A stretch of DNA of 58,215 bases from the NCBI GenBank assembly GCA_964429745.1, contig CAYSDI010000006.1, forward strand, positions 1-58,215. Direction: 5' to 3'. Each line of letters opens with the position of its first letter. The first letter of the stretch is position 1. The notes under the pieces were generated by a model. It was not told the DNA's origin and did not search any database. It saw nothing but the letters and a program-made list of their open reading frames with translations. A program made the translations under genes and the position numbers. Below, in pieces: positions 43,559 through 53,289 of this stretch. The DNA is from an uncultured Chitinophagales bacterium. GTDB taxonomy: Bacteria; Bacteroidota; Bacteroidia; Chitinophagales; BACL12.

Positions 43559-45688
43559 ATGAGCATCATCAGAAACAACGATAACGAAAAGCCCCAACAG
43601 CCCAAGAAGAAGTTCAACTTCTACTGGTTGTACGGGTTGGCGGCCCTTCTGGTCCTTGGTCTGCAGTTTAACACCTTCATGCCCAAGACCAATCAGCCGA
43701 TCAATCCCACCAAATTCAACGAATTGGTAGAGAAGGCTTATGTCAAAGAAGTGACCCTTGTCAAAACCACCAGCCGCAACTACGTTGAGGTGACCCTGAC
43801 CGAGGAAGCGTTGAAGGATCAGGAGTTCAAGGACATGGACCTTCGCCGTCCGCCCCATTTTCAATTTGAACCCATCAGCGTAGAAGGCTTCGAAACGGCC
43901 ATCAATACCTACAACACGGACAAAGCGGTCGAAAGCCGCATTGCCATGGATTCGCGCACACAGGTAGAGTGGATGAAAACCCTGTTGGCCTGGGTGCTGC
44001 CCATTGTCATCATCGTAGTCATCTGGCTGTTCATCATGCGCCGGGTTACCGGGAGCGGGGGAATGGGCGGAAGCGGCCAGATCTTCAACATCGGAAAATC
44101 GCGGGCTAACCTCTACGATCGGGACACCAAAGTCAACGTTTCGTTCGCCGATGTTGCCGGCTTAGATGAAGCCAAGCAGGAAGTCATGGAAGTAGTGGAC
44201 TTCCTGAAAAATCCTAAGAAATACACGGCTTTGGGTGGAAAAATCCCAAAAGGGGTGCTGCTCATCGGAGAACCCGGTACCGGCAAAACGCTTATGGCCA
44301 AAGCCATGGCGGGCGAAGCGCAAGTTCCGTTCTTCACCATTTCCGGGTCTGATTTTGTGGAATTGTTTGTCGGTGTTGGCGCCAGCCGCGTCCGCGACTT
44401 GTTCAAGCAGGCCCGCGAGAAAGCACCTTGCATCATCTTCATTGACGAGATTGACGCTATCGGGCGCGCCCGGGGCAAAAACATGATGCAGAGCAACGAC
44501 GAGCGCGAAAACACCCTCAACCAGTTGTTGGTTGAAATGGACGGGTTCAGCTCAGAAAAAGGCGTCATCATGCTCGGGGCCACGAACCGCCCTGACGTGC
44601 TGGACTCTGCTTTGCTTCGCCCAGGTCGTTTTGACCGCCAGATCTCCATTGACAAGCCCGACCTGACCGGCCGCGAGCAGATTTTCCGCGTTCACCTCAA
44701 GCCGATCAAAACGGCTTCTGATGTTGACGCCCATAAGCTCGCTGCGCAGACGCCTGGCTTTGCCGGGGCAGAAATCGCCAACGTGTGCAACGAAGCGGCG
44801 CTGATTGCCGCCCGTTGGGACAAGAAGGCCGTGGAAATGAAGGATTTCAACGACGCCATCGACCGGGTCATTGGCGGCCTTGAGAAGAGAAACAAAATCA
44901 TTTCGCCCGAGGAAAAGAAAATCATTGCCTACCACGAGGCCGGGCACGCCATCTGCGGCTGGTTCCTGGAACACGCCGACCCGTTGGTTAAGGTCAGCAT
45001 CATCCCCCGCGGGGTAGCCGCATTGGGCTATGCCCAGTACCTGCCCAAGGAGCAGTACCTCTACACGGCCGAGCAACTCACGGACATGATGTGCATGACG
45101 CTGGGCGGCCGCGCAGCGGAGTCCATCATCTTCGGCAAAATTTCCACAGGTGCGCAGAACGACCTGGAGAAAATTACCCGCATGGCCTACGCTATGGTCA
45201 CCATCTACGGGATGAACGAAGTGGTGGGCAACGTGTCGTTCAACGACCCCTCCGGAGACTATCGCTTTCAGCGCCCCTACTCGGAAGAAACGGCCAAGAC
45301 CATTGACGAGGAAGTTCGCAAAATCATTGACGAAGCTTATCAGCGCACTAAGCGCCTGTTGCTCGAAAAGCGCCAGGAACTGGAGCGTGTTGCCCTTTCG
45401 CTGCTGGAAAAGGAGATCATTTTCCAAGCGGATTTAGAAGACTTAATCGGCGCCCGCCCGTTTGAAATCCCGGAAGAGTTGAGCCTCGCGGGAAAGGCTT
45501 CCGATTATGTGAGCAAGAGCAGCAACGGCGCTTCGGCAGGGGATCCCTCAGCCTCCGGTTCGGTAGAGCAACCCGAAGGCGAAGCTTCGCAACGCCCGGA
45601 TGGAGAAGCTGGCAGCGGCGATTCCCCGCAGGCGGAACGTTCTCCAAGCGCGGAGGCTCCCGGAGAGAACAATCCCGCAAACAATTAG
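43559..45688 (+). CDS. ftsH: ATP-dependent zinc metalloprotease FtsH
   Basis: Two TM helices, Walker A GEPGTGKT, Walker [12 protein letters not shown] region [20 protein letters not shown], and the zinc motif HEAGHA. Confidence 0.95.
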   Translation: MSIIRNNDNEKPQQPKKKFNFYWLYGLAALLVLGLQFNTFMPKTNQPINPTKFNELVEKAYVKEVTLVKTTSRNYVEVTLTEEALKDQEFKDMDLRRPPHFQFEPISVEGFETAINTYNTDKAVESRIAMDSRTQVEWMKTLLAWVLPIVIIVVIWLFIMRRVTGSGGMGGSGQIFNIGKSRANLYDRDTKVNVSFADVAGLDEAKQEVMEVVDFLKNPKKYTALGGKIPKGVLLIGEPGTGKTLMAKAMAGEAQVPFFTISGSDFVELFVGVGASRVRDLFKQAREKAPCIIFIDEIDAIGRARGKNMMQSNDERENTLNQLLVEMDGFSSEKGVIMLGATNRPDVLDSALLRPGRFDRQISIDKPDLTGREQIFRVHLKPIKTASDVDAHKLAAQTPGFAGAEIANVCNEAALIAARWDKKAVEMKDFNDAIDRVIGGLEKRNKIISPEEKKIIAYHEAGHAICGWFLEHADPLVKVSIIPRGVAALGYAQYLPKEQYLYTAEQLTDMMCMTLGGRAAESIIFGKISTGAQNDLEKITRMAYAMVTIYGMNEVVGNVSFNDPSGDYRFQRPYSEETAKTIDEEVRKIIDEAYQRTKRLLLEKRQELERVALSLLEKEIIFQADLEDLIGARPFEIPEELSLAGKASDYVSKSSNGASAGDPSASGSVEQPEGEASQRPDGEAGSGDSPQAERSPSAEAPGENNPANN

Positions 45689-45718
45689 GAACAATTAGAA
45701 ACAACCTGGCAACCTCCC

Positions 45719-46354
45719 ATGGCTGACGCCAAAGAGCGCATACTCGGTCGCATCAGACAGGCCCTGCAACGGCAGGATCCTCAGCCCTATGAGGGGGAGG
45801 ATCTCAGCGGGCCAGTGTTTACCGCATCCAGTGATCCGCTGGATGTGTTGTTTGCGGAGCGGTTTACGCAAGCAGGCGGCAAGTTCTTCTTTGCGGAAAG
45901 CCCCGTTCACCTGATTCAGGCGCTCCGGGAGTTGTTTGCCGCCAAAGGCTGGACCTCCGTTGCCTGCCGCGATGAAGCCCTTCGCCGGGAATTTACCCAG
46001 GCCGGCCTGCCTTCGCTGTACGACGGACTGGACCTTGAAGCCGCCCAAGCCGGGCTGAGCCGCTGCGAATCGCTGGTGGCCCGCACCGGCAGCATTCTGC
46101 TTTCGTCGCGGTTGGCCTCCGGTCGCGCGCTGCCCATTTATCCGCCCGTTCAACTCGTGGTGGCTGATACCGCCCAACTGGTGCCGGATATTGCCGACGG
46201 CCTTACCGCCATCCGAAAGCGAGACGGCCAACAACTGCCCTCGCTGATTAACTTAGCGACCGGACCGAGCCGCACAGCCGACATCGAAAAAACGCTGGTA
46301 CTCGGTGCACACGGGCCGCGCGAGGTTTACGTTTTCCTGTTGGATCGCCCCTGA
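45719..46354 (+). CDS. LUD-domain protein (LutC/YkgG family)
   Basis: 211-aa ORF with N-terminus AKERILGRIRQAL and C-terminus GPSRTADIEKTLVLGAHGPREVYVFLLD, both typical of LUD domains. Confidence 0.8.
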   Translation: MADAKERILGRIRQALQRQDPQPYEGEDLSGPVFTASSDPLDVLFAERFTQAGGKFFFAESPVHLIQALRELFAAKGWTSVACRDEALRREFTQAGLPSLYDGLDLEAAQAGLSRCESLVARTGSILLSSRLASGRALPIYPPVQLVVADTAQLVPDIADGLTAIRKRDGQQLPSLINLATGPSRTADIEKTLVLGAHGPREVYVFLLDRP

Positions 46355-46483
46355 GAGGCCAACCACAGGCCAACCCAAGCGCAAGCAAACCGCAAAAAAA
46401 ACGCAAGCAAGACGTTAGGGAAGCGCAGTTGATCCGCACACCCCCCGCAAAAGCCCTGCTTAGACAGCGGGAACTAAAGGCAC

Positions 46484-48133
46484 ATGGGCAAACCGGCAGG
46501 CCATAACATTTATTTTGTTTCGGACGCCCATCTGGGCGTTCCGAATTACGCCAGCAGCCTTCAACGCGAAAAAAAGCTCGTGGAATGGCTCGACGCCGCT
46601 TCGCAAGATGCCGCTGCCATCCACCTGGTCGGCGACTTGTTTGATTTCTGGTTCGAGTACCGCCACGCCGTGCCCCGCGGCTTTGTGCGGGTGTTGGGCA
46701 AACTGGCCGAACTGCGCGACCGCGGCATCGACCTCTACGTGTACACCGGCAACCACGACTTGTGGATGTTCGACTACTTTGAACAGGAGCTCGGTATCCC
46801 CGTATTCCGCGAACCCCAATCCTGGACCTATCACGGCAGCCGCTTTCTGGTCGGGCACGGAGACGGCATAGGCCCGGGCGATCACGGGTACAAATTCATC
46901 AAACGGGTGTTTAGCAACCGCTGGTGCCAGTGGGCTTTCGCCCGCCTACACCCCAATCTGGGCGTGGGCATGGCGCTCTATTGGTCGCGAAAAAGCCGGC
47001 AGGCCGACGCTCACAAAGACGAGACCTTCAAGGGCGAAACCGAGCCTCAGGTCATCCACGCCCGCCAAGTGCTGCAGCGCGAACCTTACCGCTACTTTAT
47101 CTTCGGGCACCGCCACTGCGCCGCCCTTTACCCGCTCCGTCCAGACAGCACCTTTTGCAACCTCGGCGACTGGATCACGCAGTTCAGCTACGCCGTTTTT
47201 GACGGGCAAAATCTGGCGCTCAAGACCTGGACGCAGGAACCGCCCGCTCCTCCCCTTCCATCAAAGCCCTCGAAGTCATCCACGCAACACGCGGCATCCT
47301 TAAAAATACTGCTCATGTTGCTGCTCTTTTTCGGGGGAATCGCCCCCGTCCCCGCACAACCCATTCCCGGTGCGCGAACGCAGGAACCCGCCGCAACCGA
47401 CCAAACAGCACCGCTGTACTCCGTGCCAGGTCGCTTTGTGGATCTGTCGCTGGACGGCCTCGGCAACCTGTTCGCCTTGGGCGAAGACGGCGAAGTTCTG
47501 CGCTACCGTGAAGACGGCGCGCTGCTTTACCGCTTCAGCGAAGTGCGCTTCGGCAGCGTTGGCAGCCTGGACGTATCCAACGCGCTGCGGGTTTTGGTGT
47601 ACTACCCCGACTACCTCACGGCCGTGCTGCTTAGCAACACGCTGGCCATCAGCGGCGAAATCAATTTTCGCCAGCTGGGTTTTAACAAAATCAGGGCGGT
47701 AGGCCTGGCGCGTGACGGGCAGTTGTGGCTGTACGACGAAGCCAATTTCGAACTGATAAAAATTGACGAAAGGGGCCAGATCATTCGCCGCAGCGAACCG
47801 CTGAACTACGTGTTGGGGCTTGACCTTCAACCCCGGCAACTCATTGAACGCAATGACCGCCTCTTTCTGCGCGACCCGGAACACGGCATTCTGGTGTTTG
47901 ACCTGTTTGGCACGTATGAATACCGCTTTGGCGGGGAGGGCGTAACACACATGCAGGTTTACGCCGAGCAGGTGTTGTACGAAAATGCCAGCGGTGTTTT
48001 TTTCCACGATTTGCGGAGTTTGGCCGAAGGACCTTTCCAAATGCCACAGGGCAGCCCGCTGCGCTGGACGATGGATGCGCGGCGCATGGCGCTGTTATAT
48101 GAAAAAGGAATTTCAGTATACGATCTTCCCTGA
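46484..48133 (+). CDS. lpxH: UDP-2,3-diacylglucosamine diphosphatase LpxH fused in frame to a hydrophobic segment and a ~255-aa beta-rich C-terminal domain
   Basis: The N-terminal ~245 aa are a calcineurin-like phosphoesterase with LpxH motifs (YFVSDAHLG, GDLFDFW, TGNHD, GHGD, FGHRH). A Pro/Ser linker follows, then LKILLMLLLFFGGIAPVPAQ, then a repeat-like beta domain. No stop codon separates the parts. Confidence 0.75.
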   Translation: MGKPAGHNIYFVSDAHLGVPNYASSLQREKKLVEWLDAASQDAAAIHLVGDLFDFWFEYRHAVPRGFVRVLGKLAELRDRGIDLYVYTGNHDLWMFDYFEQELGIPVFREPQSWTYHGSRFLVGHGDGIGPGDHGYKFIKRVFSNRWCQWAFARLHPNLGVGMALYWSRKSRQADAHKDETFKGETEPQVIHARQVLQREPYRYFIFGHRHCAALYPLRPDSTFCNLGDWITQFSYAVFDGQNLALKTWTQEPPAPPLPSKPSKSSTQHAASLKILLMLLLFFGGIAPVPAQPIPGARTQEPAATDQTAPLYSVPGRFVDLSLDGLGNLFALGEDGEVLRYREDGALLYRFSEVRFGSVGSLDVSNALRVLVYYPDYLTAVLLSNTLAISGEINFRQLGFNKIRAVGLARDGQLWLYDEANFELIKIDERGQIIRRSEPLNYVLGLDLQPRQLIERNDRLFLRDPEHGILVFDLFGTYEYRFGGEGVTHMQVYAEQVLYENASGVFFHDLRSLAEGPFQMPQGSPLRWTMDARRMALLYEKGISVYDLP

Positions 48134-48187
48134 TTCAATTACTTAAGCCCTTCCCCGATTCCTGCAGCGCCCGCTTACCTTTGCGCC

Positions 48188-49261
48188 ATGCTTGAGAAAT
48201 TGGAAATCCTGCAAGACCGCTGGCGCAATTTAGGCGAGCAGCTCAATGACCCGGAGCTCATCCGGGACATGAAACGCTACAAGCAGACTCACAAACAATA
48301 CAAAGACCTGGACGGCATCATGCAAGCTTTCCGGGAGTACAAACTGGTCCTGGGCAACATCAAGGATTCTGAACAAATCCTCTATGTGGAAAAGGACGCA
48401 GAGCTGCGCGAGATGGCCCGGGAGGAATTGGGGATGTTGGAGCAGCGCAAGACCGAATTGGATGCGCTCATTCGGCAACTGCTGATTCCCAAAGACCCGG
48501 AAGATGCCCGCGATGCCATTCTGGAAATAAGGGCCGGCACTGGCGGAGACGAAGCGTCGCTTTTTGCCGGTGACCTGTTCCGCATGTACAGCCGGTACGT
48601 TGAACGCCAGGGCTGGAAACTGGAGGTGGTGTCCTCCAGCGAAGGCACCAGCGGTGGTTTCAAAGAAATCATCGCCAATTTGATCGGTGAAGATGTCTAC
48701 GGCACATTGAAATACGAAAGCGGGGTGCACCGCGTGCAGCGTGTTCCGGCCACCGAAAGCCAGGGTCGTGTGCATACTTCTGCCGCTACCGTGGCCGTGC
48801 TGCCGGAAGCGGATGAAGTAGATGTTGTCATTAGGCCGGAAGATGTCCGCATAGACGTGTTTCGCGCGTCGGGGGCGGGGGGCCAGCACATCAACAAAAC
48901 GGAGTCGGCCGTGCGCGTTGTGCACGCGCCCTCCGGAATTGTGGTGGAGTGCCAGGACTCCCGCTCACAAATCAAAAACCGCGAAAGTGCCATGAAGGTG
49001 CTTCGCACGCGTTTGTACGAACACACGCTCAAGGAGCACTTGGACAAGATTGCCGGCAAGCGAAAAACGCTCGTTTCTACCGGCGACCGAAGCGCCAAAA
49101 TCCGCACCTACAATTTCTCCCAGGGCCGCGTCACCGACCACCGGATTAACCTGACGCTCTACGCCCTTGATGACGTGTTGGCAGGGCAGATAGATCCGCT
49201 GGTAGACGCGTTGCAACTGGCCGAGAATGCGGAGAAAATGAAGGCGGGTGAAACGATTTGA
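48188..49261 (+). CDS. prfA: Peptide chain release factor 1
   Basis: The PxT tripeptide ([13 protein letters not shown]) identifies RF1, and the GGQ motif ([16 protein letters not shown]) is present. Confidence 0.95.
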   Translation: MLEKLEILQDRWRNLGEQLNDPELIRDMKRYKQTHKQYKDLDGIMQAFREYKLVLGNIKDSEQILYVEKDAELREMAREELGMLEQRKTELDALIRQLLIPKDPEDARDAILEIRAGTGGDEASLFAGDLFRMYSRYVERQGWKLEVVSSSEGTSGGFKEIIANLIGEDVYGTLKYESGVHRVQRVPATESQGRVHTSAATVAVLPEADEVDVVIRPEDVRIDVFRASGAGGQHINKTESAVRVVHAPSGIVVECQDSRSQIKNRESAMKVLRTRLYEHTLKEHLDKIAGKRKTLVSTGDRSAKIRTYNFSQGRVTDHRINLTLYALDDVLAGQIDPLVDALQLAENAEKMKAGETI

Positions 49262-49267
49262 CGCGTA

Positions 49268-49633
49268 TTATCGCCGCATGATCTTGACCGTGGCCGCTGC
49301 TTCGGCAGCACTTTGCTTGTTGGATTCCAAAGCGAGTTGGCGGTAATTGATCAGGTCCAGGATGGTGCCGATAAAACAAAAACCGGCGGTGAAAAAGTAG
49401 AGAATGCCCATCCCGATCTGGCCCATAATAAAGCGATGCACCCCCGCCGCGCCTACCAGACCGATTAGCGTCAGCAGCAGCATCATTTGTGGATCCTTGC
49501 GCTTGGCCCGGTAAATCTGGAGCGCGGTTATTTGCTCCTCTTCGTTCAATTCGCCCAAAACATTGTGCAGGAAAATGCGCTCCGTTCCGTCCATGTTGGG
49601 CATCAACAAAATCTCTTTTTCAACGGCGTTCAT
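49268..49633 (-). CDS. TM2 domain-containing protein
   Basis: 121-aa ORF with two TM helices around GAAGVHRFIMGQIGMGILYFFTAGFCFIGTILDLINY, which is the TM2 signature with an HRF/DRF-type motif. Confidence 0.8.
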   Translation of the reverse strand: MNAVEKEILLMPNMDGTERIFLHNVLGELNEEEQITALQIYRAKRKDPQMMLLLTLIGLVGAAGVHRFIMGQIGMGILYFFTAGFCFIGTILDLINYRQLALESNKQSAAEAAATVKIMRR

Positions 49634-50027
49634 GGCGGGCGAATTTGGCGAAGGAATTAAACAAGCGAGTTTTTAGTTTTTGGGGCAAACCGGACAAGCC
49701 TGGAAACGACAATACTACAACGCGGTGCAGCAGAATCAAAAAAGATGGAATACCCAGCGGGTGCATCGCCCATGAAGCGGCAAACTGACCGCGCATGGCC
49801 ATTCCAATCGAGCGACCCAGCCCGCATCCGGGGCAAAAGTCTAAACCAAGCGCGTGCAGCGGGCACAAACTCCAGCGCTGTTGCTCCAGGTTGGCAAAAA
49901 GCCCAAGCCACAGCAGCGAGCCAAGCCAGATGATAGACTCTGGCTTCAGGAACCCCAAGCCCTTCGACCTAAAAGGTTTAAAGCTGAAAATGCACGGGCG
50001 CAGCGATCGCAGAAAAAGGGCGTTCAT
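49620..50027 (-). CDS. DUF2752 domain-containing membrane protein
   Basis: CPLHALGLDFCPGCGLGRS is the DUF2752 CPxxxxxGxxCPGCG motif and is followed by TM segments. Its stop overlaps the TM2 gene start by 14 nt. Confidence 0.75.
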   Translation of the reverse strand: MNALFLRSLRPCIFSFKPFRSKGLGFLKPESIIWLGSLLWLGLFANLEQQRWSLCPLHALGLDFCPGCGLGRSIGMAMRGQFAASWAMHPLGIPSFLILLHRVVVLSFPGLSGLPQKLKTRLFNSFAKFARHERR

Positions 50028-50078
50028 CCAACCCGAAGTTAACCGACGGCGGTCAAAGTATCGCGAATTTTCGCAGCT

Positions 50079-50675
50079 TCAGGCTGGTTGGGCCAACAGC
50101 GCCGTCAGCAAATCCTGAAAAGGGAGGGCTTGCGTCCAGGCCCGGTCGTGGTAAATGTGGTTGACCAGGCGGATTTCGGTGGTTTGGCCGTCAAAAATGC
50201 GGTGCTCCACCAGAATATTGCCGAAACGCTGATCGGAGATCTTCTGCCCTTCGTCAAACGCAAAACGGGGCTTAAAATAACGGCGCTCCAGTTGCTCTAC
50301 CACGTCGTTCTCCCGAATCCAGGAACGCACATCGCCGTGTTGCCGGTAGTAGCCTTGGCGCTGCACCGATTCGCCCAACCAGTCAAAAATCCAGGGGCAG
50401 TTGCGCTGGCCAAAATGCAGGCCCGGCTGGTGCAAAATGAACCCGCGGGTGCTGGGTGTCTGGAGCACAAAAAAGTCGTCGTGGCGTTTTTCAGGGTCTG
50501 CGGCCAACAATTTCTGCTGCAAAATCAGGCGAAAGGGCTCCCGGTTGCTGCTGCACCATTCCTGGTAACTGGCGGTCTCCCGGGCGCTGCGCTCCAACGC
50601 TTCGCGCACAAAACCCTCCTGCGGCGCAGCTTCCTGCTGAAAAAGGCGGCGAATTTGTAGGAGAAGGTTGTTCAT
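50079..50675 (-). CDS. Hypothetical cytoplasmic protein
   Basis: 198-aa ORF with normal composition, no signal peptide or TM segment, and no family that I recognise. It lies 51 nt upstream of, and co-directional with, the DUF2752/TM2 pair. Confidence 0.6.
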   Translation of the reverse strand: MNNLLLQIRRLFQQEAAPQEGFVREALERSARETASYQEWCSSNREPFRLILQQKLLAADPEKRHDDFFVLQTPSTRGFILHQPGLHFGQRNCPWIFDWLGESVQRQGYYRQHGDVRSWIRENDVVEQLERRYFKPRFAFDEGQKISDQRFGNILVEHRIFDGQTTEIRLVNHIYHDRAWTQALPFQDLLTALLAQPA

Positions 50676-50755
50676 GAATGCTTACTTACCAACAGCTTAA
50701 CGCTACTCCGGTTCATTTCCACTGGAAAAGATAGTGAATCCTTAATTTGCCCCCG

Positions 50756-53257
50756 ATGAGCGACTGGCGCGGATATGATGTTGATGAACTGGCGGCCTGG
50801 TGCGGGGCAGTGAAATTGGTAGGCAGCGGGCCCGACGCTGATCCTGGCCTTGCGCAGGCAATTGCGCCCGAAAACAGCATCCACCAATTGGCCACAGACA
50901 GCCGCGGTGCCGGGCTGGGACTCGACACGCTCTTTGTGGCCCTGAAAGGCAAAAGCCGCGACGGGCATCGCTTTCTGTTAGATGCTTACCAGAAAGGGGT
51001 GCGCTGTTTCCTGGCGGAAAAAGCCGTTGACCTCCCCGGTCCGGCCCAATGGCTGTTGCATCCCAACCCGCTGGAGGCCTTGCAGGCCATCGCTGCGGCG
51101 CACCGGGCCCGCTTTCGCTATCCGGTGCTGGGCATTACTGGCAGCAACGGCAAAACCATCGTTAAGGAATGGCTGGCGCACCTGCTTGGGCCGGACCTGT
51201 TTGTGGTGCGAAATCCGCGCAGCTTCAACTCGCAGATCGGTGTGCCGCTGTCGGTTTGGGCCATGCGCCCCTACCACGAAATCGGTGTCTTTGAAGCGGG
51301 CATTTCGCTTCCGGGCGAAATGCCCCGTCTCCAGCGCATCATCCGTCCGGATATCGGGCTGTTTACCCAGCTCGGGGCCGCTCACGATGAAGGCTTCGCC
51401 GACCGGAACCAGAAGCTCCAGGAGAAGTTGGCGCTCTTTTCCACTTCGCGAACGCTGCTGTACTGCGCCGATCAACCCGACGTAGTGGCCGCCATCCAGG
51501 AGCGCTACCCCGACCGCGAAAAGGTCTGTTGGTCGGCCGAAGGCCGGCCTGCCGACTTGCAAGCCCGCTGCGGCGACCAGCAGTGGGTGTTGCAATGGCG
51601 GGGCCAGGAATTCCGGCTGATCCCGCCCTTTGACGATCCCTTTTCGCGCGAGAACCTGCTGCACGCGCTAACAGCGGCCCTGTACCTGGGGGTCATGCCC
51701 ATTGCGCTGCCGGGCCGGGTGGCCCAATTGACGCTGCCCGAGTTGCGCCTCAATGTTCAGCGGGGGGTGGGGGGATTGGTTTTGGTGAACGATGCCTACA
51801 GTTCTGATCTCGGCTCGTTGCAACTGGCGCTGGCCTATGCTGCGCGTCAAGCCGGAAACCTGCCGCGCACCGCTGTGCTGAGCGATTTGGAAGAGAGCGG
51901 CATGGACAGCGATTTGCTTTGCCGCGAGCTGGCCCGCACCCTGCGCGACAACGGTTACACCCGCTTGCTTGCCGTTGGGCCGGCCATCAGCCGCGCCGAT
52001 GTCTTTGGCGGGCTTGACGTACACGCGTTTGAGGATACCGAGGCCTTGCTGACGGCCTTGCCTGCGTTGGAGCTAAAGAACCAGATGGTGTTGATCAAAG
52101 GAGCGAGGCGTTTCCGCCTGGAACGCGTGGCGCAAGCGCTGGCCGAAAAAATTCACGGCACACGGCTGGAAATTAACCTGACGGCGCTGGCGCACAACTT
52201 CAGCGTGTACCGCGACCGTGTCCCGACCGAAACTAAAATTATGGTTATGGTCAAGGCGCTCGGCTACGGGTCAGGCGACGCCGAGGTTGCCCGGGTGCTA
52301 GAATTTGCCCGCGCGGATTACCTGGGCGTGGCCTATGCCGATGAAGGCGTAGCGCTGCGCCAGGCCGGCGTCCGGCTGCCCATTTTGGTGCTCAATGCCG
52401 CCCTGGAAAGTTTGCCCACGCTTCAGCGCTATGACTTGGAACCGGAAGTCTACGATTTGACCACGCTGGAGCACATCCGGGAGCATTACCCGGGCTTGGC
52501 CATTCACCTGAAACTGGACACCGGCATGCACCGGCTGGGCCTTTCGGAGCAGGAAGTTGAGGAGCTGGCAGCAGCCCCGGAACGCTTGCGCGGGCTTAAG
52601 CTCGCGGCCTTGCTCAGCCATCTCTCCGCAGCAGAAGACCCAGCTCACGACGCTTTCACGCGCACGCAACTCGCTCGTTTTGAGCACTCTTCGAACCAAA
52701 TTTTGCAGGCCTGGGCCCGCCAAAACCCGAACCAGCCTGTTCCCCTGCGCCATTTGTTGAACTCTGCCGGAATGCTGCGCTTTCCCGAGGCGGCCTATGA
52801 CATGGTGCGGCTCGGCATTGGATTGTACGGCTATGACCCCTCCGCGCTCTTCCGCGAACGGCTGCGGCCGGTTAGTCGCCTCTTGGCCACGGTGGCGCAG
52901 ATTCGCCTGGTGCCTGCCGGCGAAAGTGTTGGTTACGGGCGCGCGGCTTTGATGGATAAACCCACCCGTGTAGCTACCCTCACCATCGGCTACGCCGACG
53001 GGCTGCGGCGCAGCCTGGGCAAAGGCATCGGGGCTGTTGCTGTCTATGGAAAGCGTTTGCCGTTGATTGGGAACGTCTGCATGGACATGTGCATGGTTGA
53101 CGCTACCGCGGTGCCGGAATTGCAGGATGAAGATGCCGTGGAGGTCTTTGGTGGGCAGATTCGGCTGGAGGAATTTGCCGGATGGATGCAAACCATCCCC
53201 TACGAAGTGCTAACAGGCGTTTCGTCCCGTGTTAAAAGGGTCTATTTTGTAGAATAA
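50756..53257 (+). CDS. Bifunctional MurF-like UDP-MurNAc-peptide ligase / alanine racemase fusion
   Basis: The N-terminal half is MurF-like (FVALKGKSRDGHRF, P-loop ITGSNGKTIVKEWL, NDAYSSD). The C-terminal half is alanine racemase (MVMVKALGYGSG with the PLP Lys, ...GNVCMDMCMVD...). I chose the ATG at 50756; a TTG at 50747 is also open. Confidence 0.9.
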   Translation: MSDWRGYDVDELAAWCGAVKLVGSGPDADPGLAQAIAPENSIHQLATDSRGAGLGLDTLFVALKGKSRDGHRFLLDAYQKGVRCFLAEKAVDLPGPAQWLLHPNPLEALQAIAAAHRARFRYPVLGITGSNGKTIVKEWLAHLLGPDLFVVRNPRSFNSQIGVPLSVWAMRPYHEIGVFEAGISLPGEMPRLQRIIRPDIGLFTQLGAAHDEGFADRNQKLQEKLALFSTSRTLLYCADQPDVVAAIQERYPDREKVCWSAEGRPADLQARCGDQQWVLQWRGQEFRLIPPFDDPFSRENLLHALTAALYLGVMPIALPGRVAQLTLPELRLNVQRGVGGLVLVNDAYSSDLGSLQLALAYAARQAGNLPRTAVLSDLEESGMDSDLLCRELARTLRDNGYTRLLAVGPAISRADVFGGLDVHAFEDTEALLTALPALELKNQMVLIKGARRFRLERVAQALAEKIHGTRLEINLTALAHNFSVYRDRVPTETKIMVMVKALGYGSGDAEVARVLEFARADYLGVAYADEGVALRQAGVRLPILVLNAALESLPTLQRYDLEPEVYDLTTLEHIREHYPGLAIHLKLDTGMHRLGLSEQEVEELAAAPERLRGLKLAALLSHLSAAEDPAHDAFTRTQLARFEHSSNQILQAWARQNPNQPVPLRHLLNSAGMLRFPEAAYDMVRLGIGLYGYDPSALFRERLRPVSRLLATVAQIRLVPAGESVGYGRAALMDKPTRVATLTIGYADGLRRSLGKGIGAVAVYGKRLPLIGNVCMDMCMVDATAVPELQDEDAVEVFGGQIRLEEFAGWMQTIPYEVLTGVSSRVKRVYFVE

Positions 53258-53289
53258 GGCGCGATTTTTGCGGTAAGTTTCCTTTTGTC

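Noticed and set aside
48188-49261. Programmed +1 frameshift of the kind found in release factor genes.
   Set aside because: The protein has the PAT tripeptide, so it is RF1 and not RF2. The ORF is uninterrupted, and no frameshift site is expected or seen.
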